A stretch of DNA of 63,110 nucleotides, filler included, from Chiloscyllium plagiosum (lineage: Eukaryota): the NCBI RefSeq assembly GCF_004010195.1. It is 5 parts of one record of this genome, joined end to end, with 100 filler letters (N's around TTAATTAATTAA, not from the genome) between each part and the next. Parts side by side here need not be neighbours in the genome. Positions count along the whole stretch, not along the records: positions 40,146 to 59,800 come from NC_057716.1; positions 59,901 to 63,110 come from NC_057716.1; 3 more parts are not named here. The stretch is one strand, 5' to 3'. A program made the translations under genes and the position numbers. Positions 50,671 to 63,110 of this stretch are shown one piece after another; within the stretch, counting starts at the first letter, position 1, and every line of letters starts with the position of its first letter. Below the pieces are notes generated by a model that searched no databases, was not told where the DNA came from, and saw nothing but the letters and a program-made list of their open reading frames with translations.

Positions 50671-53598
50671 ATCCAGCCCCCTGAGCCCCCACGACACCAC
50701 CCCCACCCCTCCCCCAATTTGATAAACTCCAACAGCATATAAACTCCTCCAGCCCCTACACCCCTCCTTGCCTCTAAATGACTCCAGGCCTTACACCCCT
50801 CAATAAATACAGCGCAGTACAGGCCCTATGGCCCTCGATGTTGCGCCGATCCAAGCCCACCTAACCTACACCAGCCCACTATCCTCCATATGCCTATCCA
50901 ATGCCCGTTTGCCCAACACACATCCCTATCTCTGTCAGCCCCGACTCTCCTCCTTGTCTGTAATATTCTCCATGGGCCAACAGAATGTCCCCACTCTCTA
51001 AAATCCTCCAGCCCCTCCACTCGTCCCAATCTCAGTAACCTTCTCCAACCCCTACAGACTTCCATATCTCTGTAAAACCAGTATCTTTCCATTTGTCTAT
51101 AACTTCATCCAGCCCCAACTCACCATCCTGTCTCAGAGCCCCTTCAAGCACATACACTCGGCATATCTCTCTAACTTCCTCAAGAATCGACACCGTTCCC
51201 GAGTACTCTAAGCTCCTTCAGATCTACACCCTCCCTATCTCTGTAATCTGCTCCAGCCCTGACATCCCTCCCTATTGCTGTAACATCCTCCATCCCCTAA
51301 ACTGTGCTCTATCTCCGTCAGCCCCTCCAGTCTCTGCAGCCCTCCCTATCACTGTTGCCTCCTCCAGCCTCTACACAACTTCCTGTTTCTGTTACCTCCT
51401 CCAACACTTACAAACCTCGCTATCTCTGAAAACTCCTGCAGCTGCTACACATCTCCCTATCTCTGTTATCTCCTCCAGACCATACAGCTCTCTCTATCTC
51501 TGTAACCTCCACTCAACCCTGCACTTCTCGATATCTCTGGAACTTGCTCCAGCCCCTATACTCTTTCCTATCATTGTTATTTCCTCCAGTCCCTCCAACT
51601 CTTCCTAACACTGTGTCATCCTCCAGCCCATGCACTGCTCCCTGTCGCTGTAACCTCTCACAGTAACTGCATCCCTCCCTATCACCGTGTTTTCCACCAG
51701 CGATGTCAGGATTGGTTCGGTCAGAAGAGAGGAATAATATTTGGAATTTAAGTTTCTGACCCATGTTAAGAATCAATTCTGGATATTTTAACAAGTTTAA
51801 CTAAGTTCTAAAATTCCTCAGAATAAATCTCTGAGCATTTATTCCCCATTCCAACCAAAACCTCAGTCAGTGCAAGAGAAAGATTTTTTTGAGGGACCTT
51901 TCAAATCTCACTACCTTCTGTCTGATCACCTCGCTAATGGGATTTACACAACACAATGTGGTCTGTGAAGCTGTTTTGATCTTCTTGCTGATCACATTCA
52001 CTCTCAGACAGATCAGCCAGAGACAGGGTCAGTGCAGTGATCTAGCCTTCCCTGTGTTTCCTGGAGCAGCCTCGTGTCTCCGATGAAGCCAGTTTATAAA
52101 CCAATTGTGATGTCTGAGCTCTCTCTGTGATGTACACAGTGAGGTCACACTTTGACCTGTCCAGTTCAAGAGGCCTCACTGCGATCAAACAGGGAGTTAC
52201 TGAAACCCTCACTATAACGTCCCTCAGCCCCAGCACCCATCCCTATCTCTGTAACCTCCAATAGCACCTAGAATCCATCCATCTCTGACACTTCCATTAA
52301 TCTCTATAAACCTCCCTATCTCTGTAAATTCTGCTAGCCCCTAAACTCTTCCCTACCTTTATACCATGCTCCAGCCCCTGCACACCTCCCTATTTCAACC
52401 ACCTCCCAGAGCACCTACAACCCTCCCATCTCTGTTACCTCCTTTAGCCACAACAAGCCTCCCTATATCTGTAAACCTGCTCNNNNNNNNNNNNNNNNNN
52501 NNNNNNNNNNNNNNNNNNNNNNNNNNNNNNNNNNNNNNNNNNNNNNNNNNNNNNNNNNNNNNNNNNNNNNNNNNNNNNNNNNNNNNNNNNNNNNNNNNNN
52601 NNNNNNNNNNNNNNNNNNNNNNNNNNNNNNNNNNNNNNNNNNNNNNNNNNNNNNNNNNNNNNNNNNNNNNNNNNNNNNNNNNNNNNNNNNNNNNNNNNNN
52701 NNNNNNNNNNNNNNNNNNNNNNNNNNNNNNNNNNNNNNNNNNNNNNNNNNNNNNNNNNNNNNNNNNNNNNNNNNNNNNNNNNNNNNNNNNNNNNNNNNNN
52801 NNNNNNNNNNNNNNNNNNNNNNNNNNNNNNNNNNNNNNNNNNNNNNNNNNNNNNNNNNNNNNNNNNNNNNNNNNNNNNNNNNNNNNNNNNNNNNNNNNNN
52901 NNNNNNNNNNNNNNNNNNNNNNNNNNNNNNNNNNNNNNNNNNNNNNNNNNNNNNNNNNNNNNNNNNNNNNNNNNNNNNNNNNNNNNNNNNNNNNNNNNNN
53001 NNNNNNNNNNNNNNNNNNNNNNNNCATTAATCTCTATAAACCTCCCTATCTCTGTAAATTCTGCCAGCCCCTAAACTCTTCCCTACCTTTATAACATGCT
53101 CCAGCTCCTGCACACCTCCCTAGGTCAGTCACCTCCCAGAGCACCTACAACCCTCCCATCTCTGTTACCTCCTTTAGCCACAACAAGCCTCCCTATATCT
53201 GTAAACCTGCTCCATCCATACACCCCTCATCTCTAATGTCCTTGAGAAACTACAAACCTTCCTATCTCTGTCAATCTTCCACCATCCATCAAAACTCATC
53301 CCTATCTTTGTAACATCTTCCAGACACTGTATCTGTACCTATCCCTATCTGTTCCAGCCCCAACATCCCTTCCTCTTTCTGTGTCACCATCCAGCGGTTA
53401 CATCCCTCCCTGTATGAGAAGCCATCTTGACTATTGACATTATTCCATATCTCTCCAACAGCCTCCAACCCCTATACCACTCCCTACCTCTGTAAACCCC
53501 TCCAGCTCCACTACCCCCCGTTATCTCTGTAATCTCCTCCAGCACCTAAACCCTCCTTATCTCCTTATCTTCCTCCAGCCCCTTCACTATCCCTACAG
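50670..53598 (+). repeat. Degenerate ~30-35 bp C/T-rich minisatellite arrays (50670-51690 and 52210-53598)
   Basis: Recurring CCCTATCTCTGTAACCTCCTCCAGCCCCTACA-like unit. Confidence 0.85.
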
Positions 53599-53599
53599 G

Positions 53600-56315
53600 A
53601 CATAGACGCTTCAGACAGGACAGGGAGGGAAGTAAAAGGGGGAGAGGAGTTGCATTGCTGGTCAGGGATGATAGCACGGCTGTGCTGAAGGAGGGCACTA
53701 TGGAGGGCTTGAATAGTGAGGCATTATGGGTGGAGCTGAGAACAAAGAAGGGCGCAGTTACGTTGTTGGGGCTGTATTACAGGCCTCCCAACAGTGAGCG
53801 TGAGGTAGAAAAATGAATAGGTAAACAGATTATGGAATGATGTAGATGCAGGGTAGAGATGATAAAAGCAAATTACTGCGGATGCTGGAATCTGAAACCA
53901 AAAGAGAAAATGCTGGAAAATCTCAGCAGGTCTGGCAGCATCTGTAAGGAGAGAAAAGAGCTGACGTTTCGAGTCTAACGGACCCTTTGTCAAAGGGTAG
54001 AGATGATGGGAGATTTTATTTTTCCCAACACTGACTGGGATACACGTATGGTCAGAGGTCTGGATGGTGCATAACTTGTAAAAAGCATCCAGGAGAGTTT
54101 TCTAGAGCAGTATCTCAATAGTCCGATGAGGGATGGGGCCGTATTGCACCTGGTGTTGGAGAATGAGCCAGGCCAGGTGGTGGAAGTTGCAGTGGGGGAT
54201 TTCTTTGGGAACAGTGACCACAATTCCGTAAGCTTTAGAATACTTATAGACAAAGATGAGAGTGGTCCGAAGGGAAGAGTACTAAACTAGGCCAAGGCCA
54301 ATTATATCAAAATTAGGCAGGAGCTGGGAATGTGGATTGGACACAGCTATTTGAAAGGAAGTCCACATTTGATATGTGGGAGGCTTTCAAAGAGAGGTTA
54401 AAGATAGTGCAGAATAGGCATGTCCCGTTGAAGGCAAAGGATAGGAAGGGNNNNNNNNNNNNNNNNNNNNNNNNNNNNNNNNNNNNNNNNNNNNNNNNNN
54501 NNNNNNNNNNNNNNNNNNNNNNNNNNNNNNNNNNNNNNNNNNNNNNCTGGATCACGTTAACATCAGTTGGGAAGATGTGTTGGGTAGGCTAGAGGTTATT
54601 AAGGTCGACAAATCCCCAGAACCGGACGGGATCTATCCCAGGTTGCTGAGAGAGGCGAGAGAGGAAATAGCTGGTGCCCTGGCAGATATCGTTGTGGCAT
54701 CCTTAAACACAGGTGAGGTGCCAGAGGACTGGAGGGTTGCTCATGTTGTCCCCCTGTCAAGAGGTTATTGGGGATATTCTGGGTAACTACAGACCAGTGA
54801 GTCTGATGTCAGTGTTGGGAAATTTGTAGGAGAAGGTACTGAGGATAGAATCTATTTATATTTAGAAAAGAATGCGCTTATTAGTGATAGGCATCATGGT
54901 TTTGTGCGGGGGAGATCGTGCCTTACCAACTTAGTAGAGTTCTTTGAGGAAGTGACTAAGTTGATAGATGAAGGAAGATGTCTTACACATGAACTTTAGT
55001 AAGGCATTTGATAAGGTTCCCCATGGCAAATCAATAGAGAAAATGAAGTCATATGATGTGTGTGGATAAAGAACTGGTCGAGCAACAGGAGACAGAGAGT
55101 AGTAGTTGAAGGGAGTTTCTTGAAATGGAGAAAGGTGACCAGTGGTGTTCCACAGGGATCAGTGTTGTTTGTGATATACATAAATGATCTGGAAGAGGGC
55201 ACTGTTGGTATGATCAGCAAGTTTGCAGATGACACGAAGATTGGTGGAGTAGCAGAAAGCATAGCGGATTGTCAAAGAATACATGAGAATATAGATAGAC
55301 TGGAGAGTTGGGTGGAGAAGTGGCAGATAGAGTTCAATCCAGGTAAATGTGAGGTGATGCATTTTGGGAAGTCTGATTCTAGAGCGAATTATACAATTAA
55401 TTGAAGAGCCTCGCGGAAAGTTGATGAGCAGAGAGACCTGGGAGTGCAGGTCCATTGTACCCTGAAGTTTGCTGCATAGGTAGATAGAGTGGTCGAGAAG
55501 GCCTTAATCGGACGGGGTATTGACTATAAGAGCTGGCAGATCATGTTACAGTTGCACAGGACTTACGTTTGGCCATATTTGGAATACTGCATATATTTCT
55601 GGTCACCACATGACCAAAAGGATGTGGACACTTTGGAGAGGGTACAGAGAAGGTTTATGAGGATGTTGTATGGTATGGAAGGTGCTAGCTATGAAGAGAG
55701 GTTGAATAGGTTACGTTTGTTTTCATTTGAAAAAAGGAGATTGCGGGGGGAATCTGATTGAGGTTTACAAAATCATGAAGATATAGACACGGTGGATAGA
55801 GATAAGCTTTTTCACAGGGTGAAGGATTCATTAACGAGAGGTCATGCTTTCAAGATGAGAGGTGAAAAGTTTAGATTAGATTAGATTACTTACAGTGTGG
55901 AAACAGGCCCTTCGGCCCAACAAGTCCACACNNNGAGGAAACCCACGCAGACACGGGGAGAATGTGCAAACTCCACACAGTCAGTCGCCTGAGTCGGGAA
56001 ATGAACCTGGGTCTCTGGCGCTGTGAGGCAGCAGTGCTAACCACTGTGCCACCGTGCCGCCCACACAAAGGGGGGTGCACACAGTAAGTACTTTACACAG
56101 AGGGTGGTAGGTGCCTGGAACATGTTGCCAGCAGAGGTAGTGGAGGCAGGTAAAGGAGATCAATTTAAGATGCGTCCTGACAGATGCATGAGTAGATGGG
56201 AAGCAGAGGGATACTTAGGAATTGGGCGACAGGTTTAGACAGTTGATTTGGATCGGCTCAGGCTTGGAGGGCTGAAGGGCCTGTTCCTGGGCTGTAAATT
56301 TTCTTTGTTCTTTAT
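53600..56315 (+). mobile_element. CR1 ORF2 (endonuclease to tail), decayed and gapped, with HE1-like SINE at 55872-56064 (-)
   Basis: GDFIFPNTDWD, DKSPEPDGIYPRLL, ISKFADDTKIGG. Confidence 0.92.
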
Positions 56316-59300
56316 TCACAACCAGCTATATCTGTATTGTCCAGTGCATATGTCGGAGATATGTCATGTCAACAAAGATTGCTCATCAGTGACAGAGTGG
56401 GTTTTTGGTTAATACAGAATTCTCAGGATGTAACAGTGCCCTGAGAAGACAGGCCCATTGCACCAACAGCCAGAGGACATTTCCCTGTGTCCTCCCACTG
56501 AAACTGGGTTGGAACAGACTTTCTGTAAAACCAATGAATTGGTCACTTGACTACAGGTCCGTTTCCTGAAAACTGAGAGTAAATGGCCATATTTGAGTTA
56601 ACAATGAGAATTTATTCAGAATCTGACAGTAATCATGCATCCTATAAACAGTGAAGGGGACATGACAGAGTACCTCCCTTTGTTATCGCTGTCACAGTTT
56701 TCTTTTGTTTTGATTCCTTTCAGATGACAGTTGGTAAGGATCCTGTAATTTACATCCCCATCTTCTGCTTTTTCTCTTTTCCCATTCCACCTGTTCCTTG
56801 TACCATTTTGGTCAATATTGTTACTCTGTCATTTCAGCCTCTCCTGCCCTCCAGCCCATCACAGCCTTTCCCTTCTGCTCTTCTTCCCACCTTCCAGCTG
56901 AGACTCAAGTAACAATGCATGTAGTTCCCTCTCACACACACTCACATGATCACTGACAGAGATACAGTGACAAAGAAGGGTCATCAATTCCACAGGCTCA
57001 GACAGAGACAATGTTCAGTCTCACGCTGATCCCATGTTCTGGTGATATATTTTTATTCTAACACTCAAACAGAGTGAGAGAGAAAGAAATGATTTATATT
57101 TCTCTCCTAATTGGTCTGGAAACAAATCCCAGCCTCCAAATCACAGCGACTATAAGATCAATAAGAACTGTGTTAATCTCTCAATAATGACCTACAACAA
57201 CAAATTGATGAGTATGTTTATGCAGATTTATAATTTGAAAAACTATATACTCCAGATGCTGTGAACATTAAATAAAAACAGAGACTATTGGAAATACTCA
57301 GTCACTTCCTCTGATGAAAGATCATTGACCAGAAACATTCATTGTGTTTCTCTCTCCACAGATGCTGTCTGATCTGCTGAGTATTTACAGCACTTTCTGT
57401 TTACATTATGTAAGTTTACTCCATGTTCAGAAGGCACACAAGTTATTTAATTAAAACAGATATTCCCATAGAGTTCAGATTATTTATAATTGATATACCA
57501 CATAGAAAACTATTTGTACATTCCAATATTAAAGATATAATTACAAACAAAAATATGGAGATAAACATTAAATATGTGATCATAGTCTATCAGACATATA
57601 AAGAATAACAGATCTGAGTGCTGAGTGACCTCACTCCTATGTACAATATCAAAGGTTGGGAAACAAACTGTACAAATCACCCTTACAGGCTGTAATATCC
57701 AGAAACTGAATTAATCCCANNNNNNNNNNNNNNNNNNNNNNNNNNNNNNNNNNNNNNNNNNNNNNNNNNNNNNNNNNNNNNNNNNNNNNNNNNNNNNNNN
57801 NNNNNNNNNNNNNNNNNNNNNNNNNNNNNNNNNNNNNNNNNNNNNNNNNNNNNNNNNNNNNNNNNNNNNNNNNNNNNNNNNNNNNNNNNNNNNNNNNNNN
57901 NNNNNNNNNNNNNNNNNNNNNNNNNNNNNNNNNNNNNNNNNNNNNNNNNNNNNNNNNNNNNNNNNNNNNNNNNNNNNNNNNNNNNNNNNNNNNNNNNNNN
58001 NNNNNNNNNNNNNNNNNNNNNNNNNNNNNNNNNNNNNNNNNNNNNNNNNNNNNNNNNNNNNNNNNNNNNNNNNNNNNNNNNNNNNNNNNNNTAAAATCCC
58101 ATCAAAGTAATAACACCCTTTTTTCACAACTCAGATAGCTTCACTGGACGATCCATCAGGAACATCCTCTCTCAGTATTGCCATGATGTTTCCCTAATCA
58201 AAATAGCCAGTCCCACTCCTTTGTTGCCTCCCCTTTAATCCTTCCTATGAACAGTTCATTTGAGCTCAATTTTGGAGCACCCGATCTTACTACTTCTGAT
58301 GAAGGGTCACTGACTTGAAGTGTTAACTATTTTCTCTCCACAGGTGTTGCCAGACCTGCTGAATTTCTCCAGCAGTTGTGGTTTACCCAGCTTCAGCAGC
58401 AAGTCAAATTCCAAGTTATTTCTTCATTCCCCTTTCTCCTGCTGTGACTGTCATGCTCGGGATGTCCTGGTATTGGCCATTTAATTGGTTTCAATGACAT
58501 CTCTGTCCTGTTTCAAGCCCATCCCCAGATGTAATCTCTCTGCTCCTCTCGTCAAGATTACGGTTGAAGAAATATGTGCAGCTGTCTGGGATGTTATTTC
58601 CAACTGCCGTATCTTCATCGTCATTGTAACAATGGGACACAGTTCTCCAATACAGTGGTTATGTCTTGACTAACTTTGATGCAGTTCCTTGGTCAGGGAA
58701 ACATTTCTACTTCAAAACCAATTCATGAGATGATGCCTCAGACAAATCTTTCCCACAGATCTTCGCCACATCAGGTTTATATTCATTAACATGGAATAAA
58801 TCACATAGTTACATGATTCACTGTGATTAAAGTAATAAAATACGAAACAATGCATTGGATTATCATTTGTATGTGTGCATTAGTGTGTGAATGTGCAGTG
58901 ACAACATTAATCATCTTGCACTTGACAGTTCTATAATTTTCATAGTTATCTTTTTGCTCTTAATCTCCTGATAAACATGTTTTTCTTGTTGATCTTACCC
59001 ACTAACATTGCCCTGTGCTTCCTTGCCCTTTCCAAGTTTGTTTTAGTTTACAGTTCACCCATTTAGATTCTAAGCTAAGCTTCCCACAGTTTTTGAATTG
59101 TTTTGTCAGGATCAGTATCTTTCTTTTACTGTTTCCTGTCACCCTGTTTGCTTGGGGACACCAATGGGAGCCTAGGTCTGGAAGGATAATTATTTCTGTT
59201 GTTGGATCATGTTTACACTGTGTGTGAAATCCTCACACTGATTTGTCAAATATCTGCATCCAGTCCAACTTCGCCAGATAATCTCTGAGATAATAAGATT

Positions 59301-59585
59301 TATTCACACCAGACATCATGTCATTCAAGTAAGTGTGCTTCACTAATAGGCATTTATTGCCTATGTTTTAGACTTGTTTACTTTGCCTTGTTCCATATTT
59401 ATGCTAAATGTAAATGTATTAATGTCAGCAGCTCATAAAGAGGCCCTCTCTCTCAGTTCATCCAGAAGACCAGCTTCATTTCAGAACATCAATTCCTGAT
59501 TTGCTCTTCCTCTCACTGGGTTCTTGTGTGCTAAAGAGGTTCGTTAAATATGATACAATGAATGTTTTGCTCTCAGTTCCCACTC

Positions 59586-59800
59586 AGTGTGAGGGGGAGA
59601 GAGAGAGAGTGGGAGCAGGCAGTGTGAGGGAGAGAGAGAGTGGGAGTGGGCAATGTGAGGGAGAGAGAGAGTGTGAGCTGGCAGTGTGAGGGACAGAGAG
59701 TGGGAGTGGGCAGTGAGAGGTAGAGAGAGAGTGACAGCGGCCAGTGTGAGGGAGAGAGAGTGGGAGCGGGCAGTGTGAGGGAGAGAGAGAGTGGGAGCGG
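59586..59800 (+). repeat. ~30-bp GA-rich tandem repeat
   Basis: (GAGAGAGAGTGGGAGCGGGCAGTGTGAGG)n running into a gap. Confidence 0.9.
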
Positions 59801-59900
59801 NNNNNNNNNNNNNNNNNNNNNNNNNNNNNNNNNNNNNNNNNNNNTTAATTAATTAANNNNNNNNNNNNNNNNNNNNNNNNNNNNNNNNNNNNNNNNNNNN

Positions 59901-60410
59901 ACCTGGCGGAAAAAATACGTCACCAGGGCGCACCACCTAGGAGGAGGCTCGACATAAAGGTATCGCCGCAAGGTCTGAAGACGGAACGTCGCGACCTGGG
60001 TGCGGACGCACACCAGCGACTGAACGCCCTCCTCAATAGGGTGACTCAGAACCTGCGCGGCGACCCAGTGCATCTTTTTGTCCCAGAAGAAATCGACCAA
60101 CGTTCTCTGGATGTCAGCGACAAAGCCAGGAGGAGGGACCAAAGTGACCAGCCGGTACCACAGCATGGCGGCCACCAGCTGGTTTATGACCAGCACTCGA
60201 CTCCTGTAAGATAGCACTCGGAGCAGTCCTGTCCAGCGGCCTAGGCGAGCCGAGACTTTGGCCTCCAGCTCCTGCCAGTTGGCCGGCCAGGATTCCTCAG
60301 CCGGGCTGAGGTAGACCCCCAGGTAGAGGAGATGGGTGGTACTCCAGATGAACCCCCGTAACTCCTCCGGCAGAGAGTCCACCCGCCACGGGCCGACCAG
60401 TAGTCCGGAG
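59901..60410 (-). mobile_element. Young 5'-truncated Tx1-like ORF2 fragment
   Basis: Uninterrupted CpG-rich frame YLGVYL...NWQELEAKVSARLGRW...LSYRSRVLVINQLVAAMLWY...FFWD. Confidence 0.88.
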
Positions 60411-60479
60411 ACACTCCTGTTTATATTTGTTAGCCAGAGCTCCCAGATTGGACCAGATTAATCCTCAGAACTGATGGTA

Positions 60480-61630
60480 TCTAGGAAAATATCAGTTTAT
60501 ATGCAGAAGATAAGTGAGGGGATGGGGTAAGGAATAAACGATAGGGAAGGATAGAGCCCAAAGAGAGAAAACAACAGTTGGACAGATAAAAGAGTGGATA
60601 ATGGTCTGGCTAGGAGAGTGATAGTTATTAATGGGGACTGTTAGTGGCTAACAATGAGTTGTGCGTAATAGTCAGCTATGTGTTAACAAGGCCTGATGTG
60701 TGATGGTTGGGATAAGGACATGGTAGAGCTCAAGCCCTAAAGTCATTGAACTCAAATGTTGAGTCCAGAGGACTGTAGGATCCTCAAGCAGAAAAGGAGG
60801 TGCTGTTCTTCCAGGTTGCGCAAAGCTTCAACAAGCCATCCTGTTCCCTGGCCAACAGCTCTGGCTCAGGCTTGCTGCAGTGCTCCAGTAAAGCTCAGCA
60901 CCAGCTGGAAGAACAGCACCTCCTTTTCTGTGTGGGAATCCTGTAGCCTTCTGGACTCAATATTGAGTTCAAAAGCTTTAGGGCTTGAGCTCTCTGGTGT
61001 CCTTTATCCCAAACCCCACACAACCCATTGTTAGCCACTAACAGTCTCCATTAATAGCTATTCACCATCCCAGCCAGATCATTATCTCCTCCTCTGTCCA
61101 ACTGTTCTGCTTTCTGTTTGGGCTTTACCTAGTGATTATTCCTTACCCTCTACTCCCACCCTAACTTCTGCATATAGACTGACATTTTCCAAGCTTTCAT
61201 CAGTTCTGAGGAAGGGTCACTCAACCCAAAATGTTAACTCTGATTTCTCTCCACCGAAGCTGCCAGTGGGCGGCACGGTGGCACAGTGGTTAGCACTGCT
61301 GCCTCACAGCGCCAGAGACCCGGGTTATATTCCCGACTCAGGCGACTGACTGTGTGGAGTTTGCACATTCTCCCCGTGTCTGCATGGGTTTCCTCCGGGT
61401 GCTCCGGTTTCCTCCCACAGTCCAAAAGATGTGCGGGTCAGGTGAATTGGCCATGCTAAATTGCCCATAGTGTTAGGTTAAAGGGGTAAATGTAGGGGTA
61501 TGGGTGGGTTGCGCTTCGGCGGGTCGGTGTGGACTTGTTGGGCCGAAGGGCCTGTTTCCACACTGTAAGTAATCTAATCTAATCTAAAAAACCTGCTGAA
61601 CTTTTCCAGCAACTTCTAATTTGTTTCATA
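60480..61630. mobile_element. Inverted pair of Penelope-like 3' ends with an HE1-like SINE inserted (61266-61586 +)
   Basis: 60490-60830 is the reverse complement of 60890-61200 (LEEQHLLF-like C-terminus); CTGAGGAAGGGTCA...CCCAAAA terminal motif. Confidence 0.8.
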
Positions 61631-62094
61631 TTCTATGTGGTTCACCTGGCTGACCTCATAGTAACCATTACACTACCAAACCAGCAAAGCCCAAATCGCA
61701 GAGTATAATAGGCCATAATTTATTTTCAAAAATAAATTTTATTCTATATTTAACTATCAGTGGAAGAAAACTTAACAAGATCTGCATCATTTCAAGGTTA
61801 TCCTCCATGCTCTTACACCTTTGCAGTGAAATTGATATTTCTCAATAAAAACTGAGGGCTGATTCAGATGTTTTGCTGGCCAAGTCTGAATTGTGTCAAA
61901 TTTTTAGAGGGAAGATTCCTGGTGAAATGTTCAACTGGGATTCCTGTAATTTACAAGTGCTAAGTAGTTTATGTCACTGAAGTTATCCAAGGGCCATAGA
62001 TTTCTTTTTCGGAAAATCAGTTTTTAAATCTGTTTTCATTACTATATCATTACAGAGAATATATTCTGCAGAATAATGTCTTACTTTCTAAATT

Positions 62095-62372
62095 TGGAGA
62101 TGCAGGTTTTGGACTGGGGTGTACAAAGTTAAAAATCACGTAACACCAGGTTATAGTCCAACAGGTTTATTTGGAAGCTCTGGCTTTTGGAGTGCTGCTC
62201 CTTCATCAGGTGGTTGTGGAGTATGAGATTGTATGATACAGTTGCTATAAATTCTATGTCTTACAATCTTATCCTCCACAACCACCTGATGAAGGAACAG
62301 CGCTCCGAAAGCTAGTACTTCCAAATAAACCTATTGGACTATAACCTGGTGTTGTGTGATTTTTAACTTTTT
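62095..62372. mobile_element. Long palindromic Penelope pLTR remnant
   Basis: ~120-bp inverted arms, including CCTTCATCAGGTGGTTGTGGAG / CTCCACAACCACCTGATGAAGG. Confidence 0.8.
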
Positions 62373-62554
62373 ACTTTCTAAACATATTAAAGATCTACCT
62401 GCTAACTTTGCTTTTTTTCCCTGTGTCATGCTGTGCTTTGTTTCAAAGTTATTGTTTGGAAGCAATTCTAGAGCAGAGATTTTGTGGTTGAGATTTGCAA
62501 AGTTGAGCTTTGTAGTTGGTGTGATTCACGCAGGAGGCAAACATAAATTTAGGA

Positions 62555-63065
62555 TTCGGAGATGCCGGTGTTGGACTGGGGTGTACAAAGTTAAAAATCA
62601 CACAACACCAGGTTATAGTCCAACAGGTTTAATTGGAAGCACACTAGCTTTCGGAGCGACGCTCCTTCATCAGGTGATTGTGGAGGGCTCGATCGTAACA
62701 CAGAATTTATAGCAAAAATTTGCAGTGTGATGTAACTGAAATTATACAGTGAAGAATTGATTGTCTGCTAAGCCTTTCATCTGTTAGAATACAGTGATAG
62801 TTTCACTTCTTTCATGTGTAAATCACAAAACCCTTTTTTTTAAAGTTGCATTCTCGGGTTAGCTGTTAACAATGGAGATAGCTAGACAATATGTTGAAGG
62901 TGTTAGCCCCCGTGTTCTCTGTCTATGACCTGATGTTTAGATTGATTCTAATCTAAAAAGTGAGATAACAGAGTTTTACAGAAATTCATGCAGTTTTTGA
63001 GCTCAGAATTCTACATGAATGTATGCAGTTTTTCAGCAAAGTGCAATGTAACTCTGCAAGTACAA
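62555..63065 (-). mobile_element. Penelope-like pLTR/3' UTR
   Basis: Colinear with 40595-41420; contains the reverse complement of CCTGATGAAGGAGCGTCGCTCCGAAAGCTAGTG. Confidence 0.78.
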
Positions 63066-63110
63066 AAAAAATTACCGTGAGTGCAGAGTGCAGAGTGCAG
63101 AGTGCAGAGT

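Noticed and set aside
52296..53212. ~187-bp near-identical direct repeat on both sides of a gap
   Set aside because: Most likely an unmerged contig or haplotype overlap within a satellite; a true tandem unit cannot be excluded
58400..58800. Exon-like unique sequence on the minus strand
   Set aside because: The frame examined contains several stops and no recognisable protein motif
59586..59800. Tandem repeats as a CRISPR-like array
   Set aside because: No unique spacers and a eukaryotic context; it is a simple minisatellite
63079..63110. (GAGTGCA)n at the window end
   Set aside because: Short 7-bp tandem repeat truncated by the window edge; not telomeric and not assignable

Overview
Repeat-dominated vertebrate genomic DNA, very probably from a shark or other cartilaginous fish (inferred from HE1-like V-SINEs, CR1 LINEs and a shark-type GPR139-like receptor). 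It is a gapped draft scaffold. Most of the window is nested transposon debris: CR1 LINEs, a second CR1/L2-group LINE, tRNA-derived SINEs, Penelope-like elements with inverted termini, Gmr1-like Gypsy LTR pieces, Tx1 fragments, a TA-flanked MITE and a 2-kb L1 element encoding only ORF1. Host sequence consists of a CpG-rich, probably bidirectional promoter (~14.45-15.05 kb), a degenerate tRNA-Gly(TCC) and a GPR139/142-like GPCR locus. That locus has two 67-nt first coding exons (19649 and 27931) in an old tandemly duplicated block, upstream of one disrupted large exon (44545-45296). No intact protein-coding gene can be shown. All homology calls are by eye, and repeat boundaries are approximate unless TSDs are cited.
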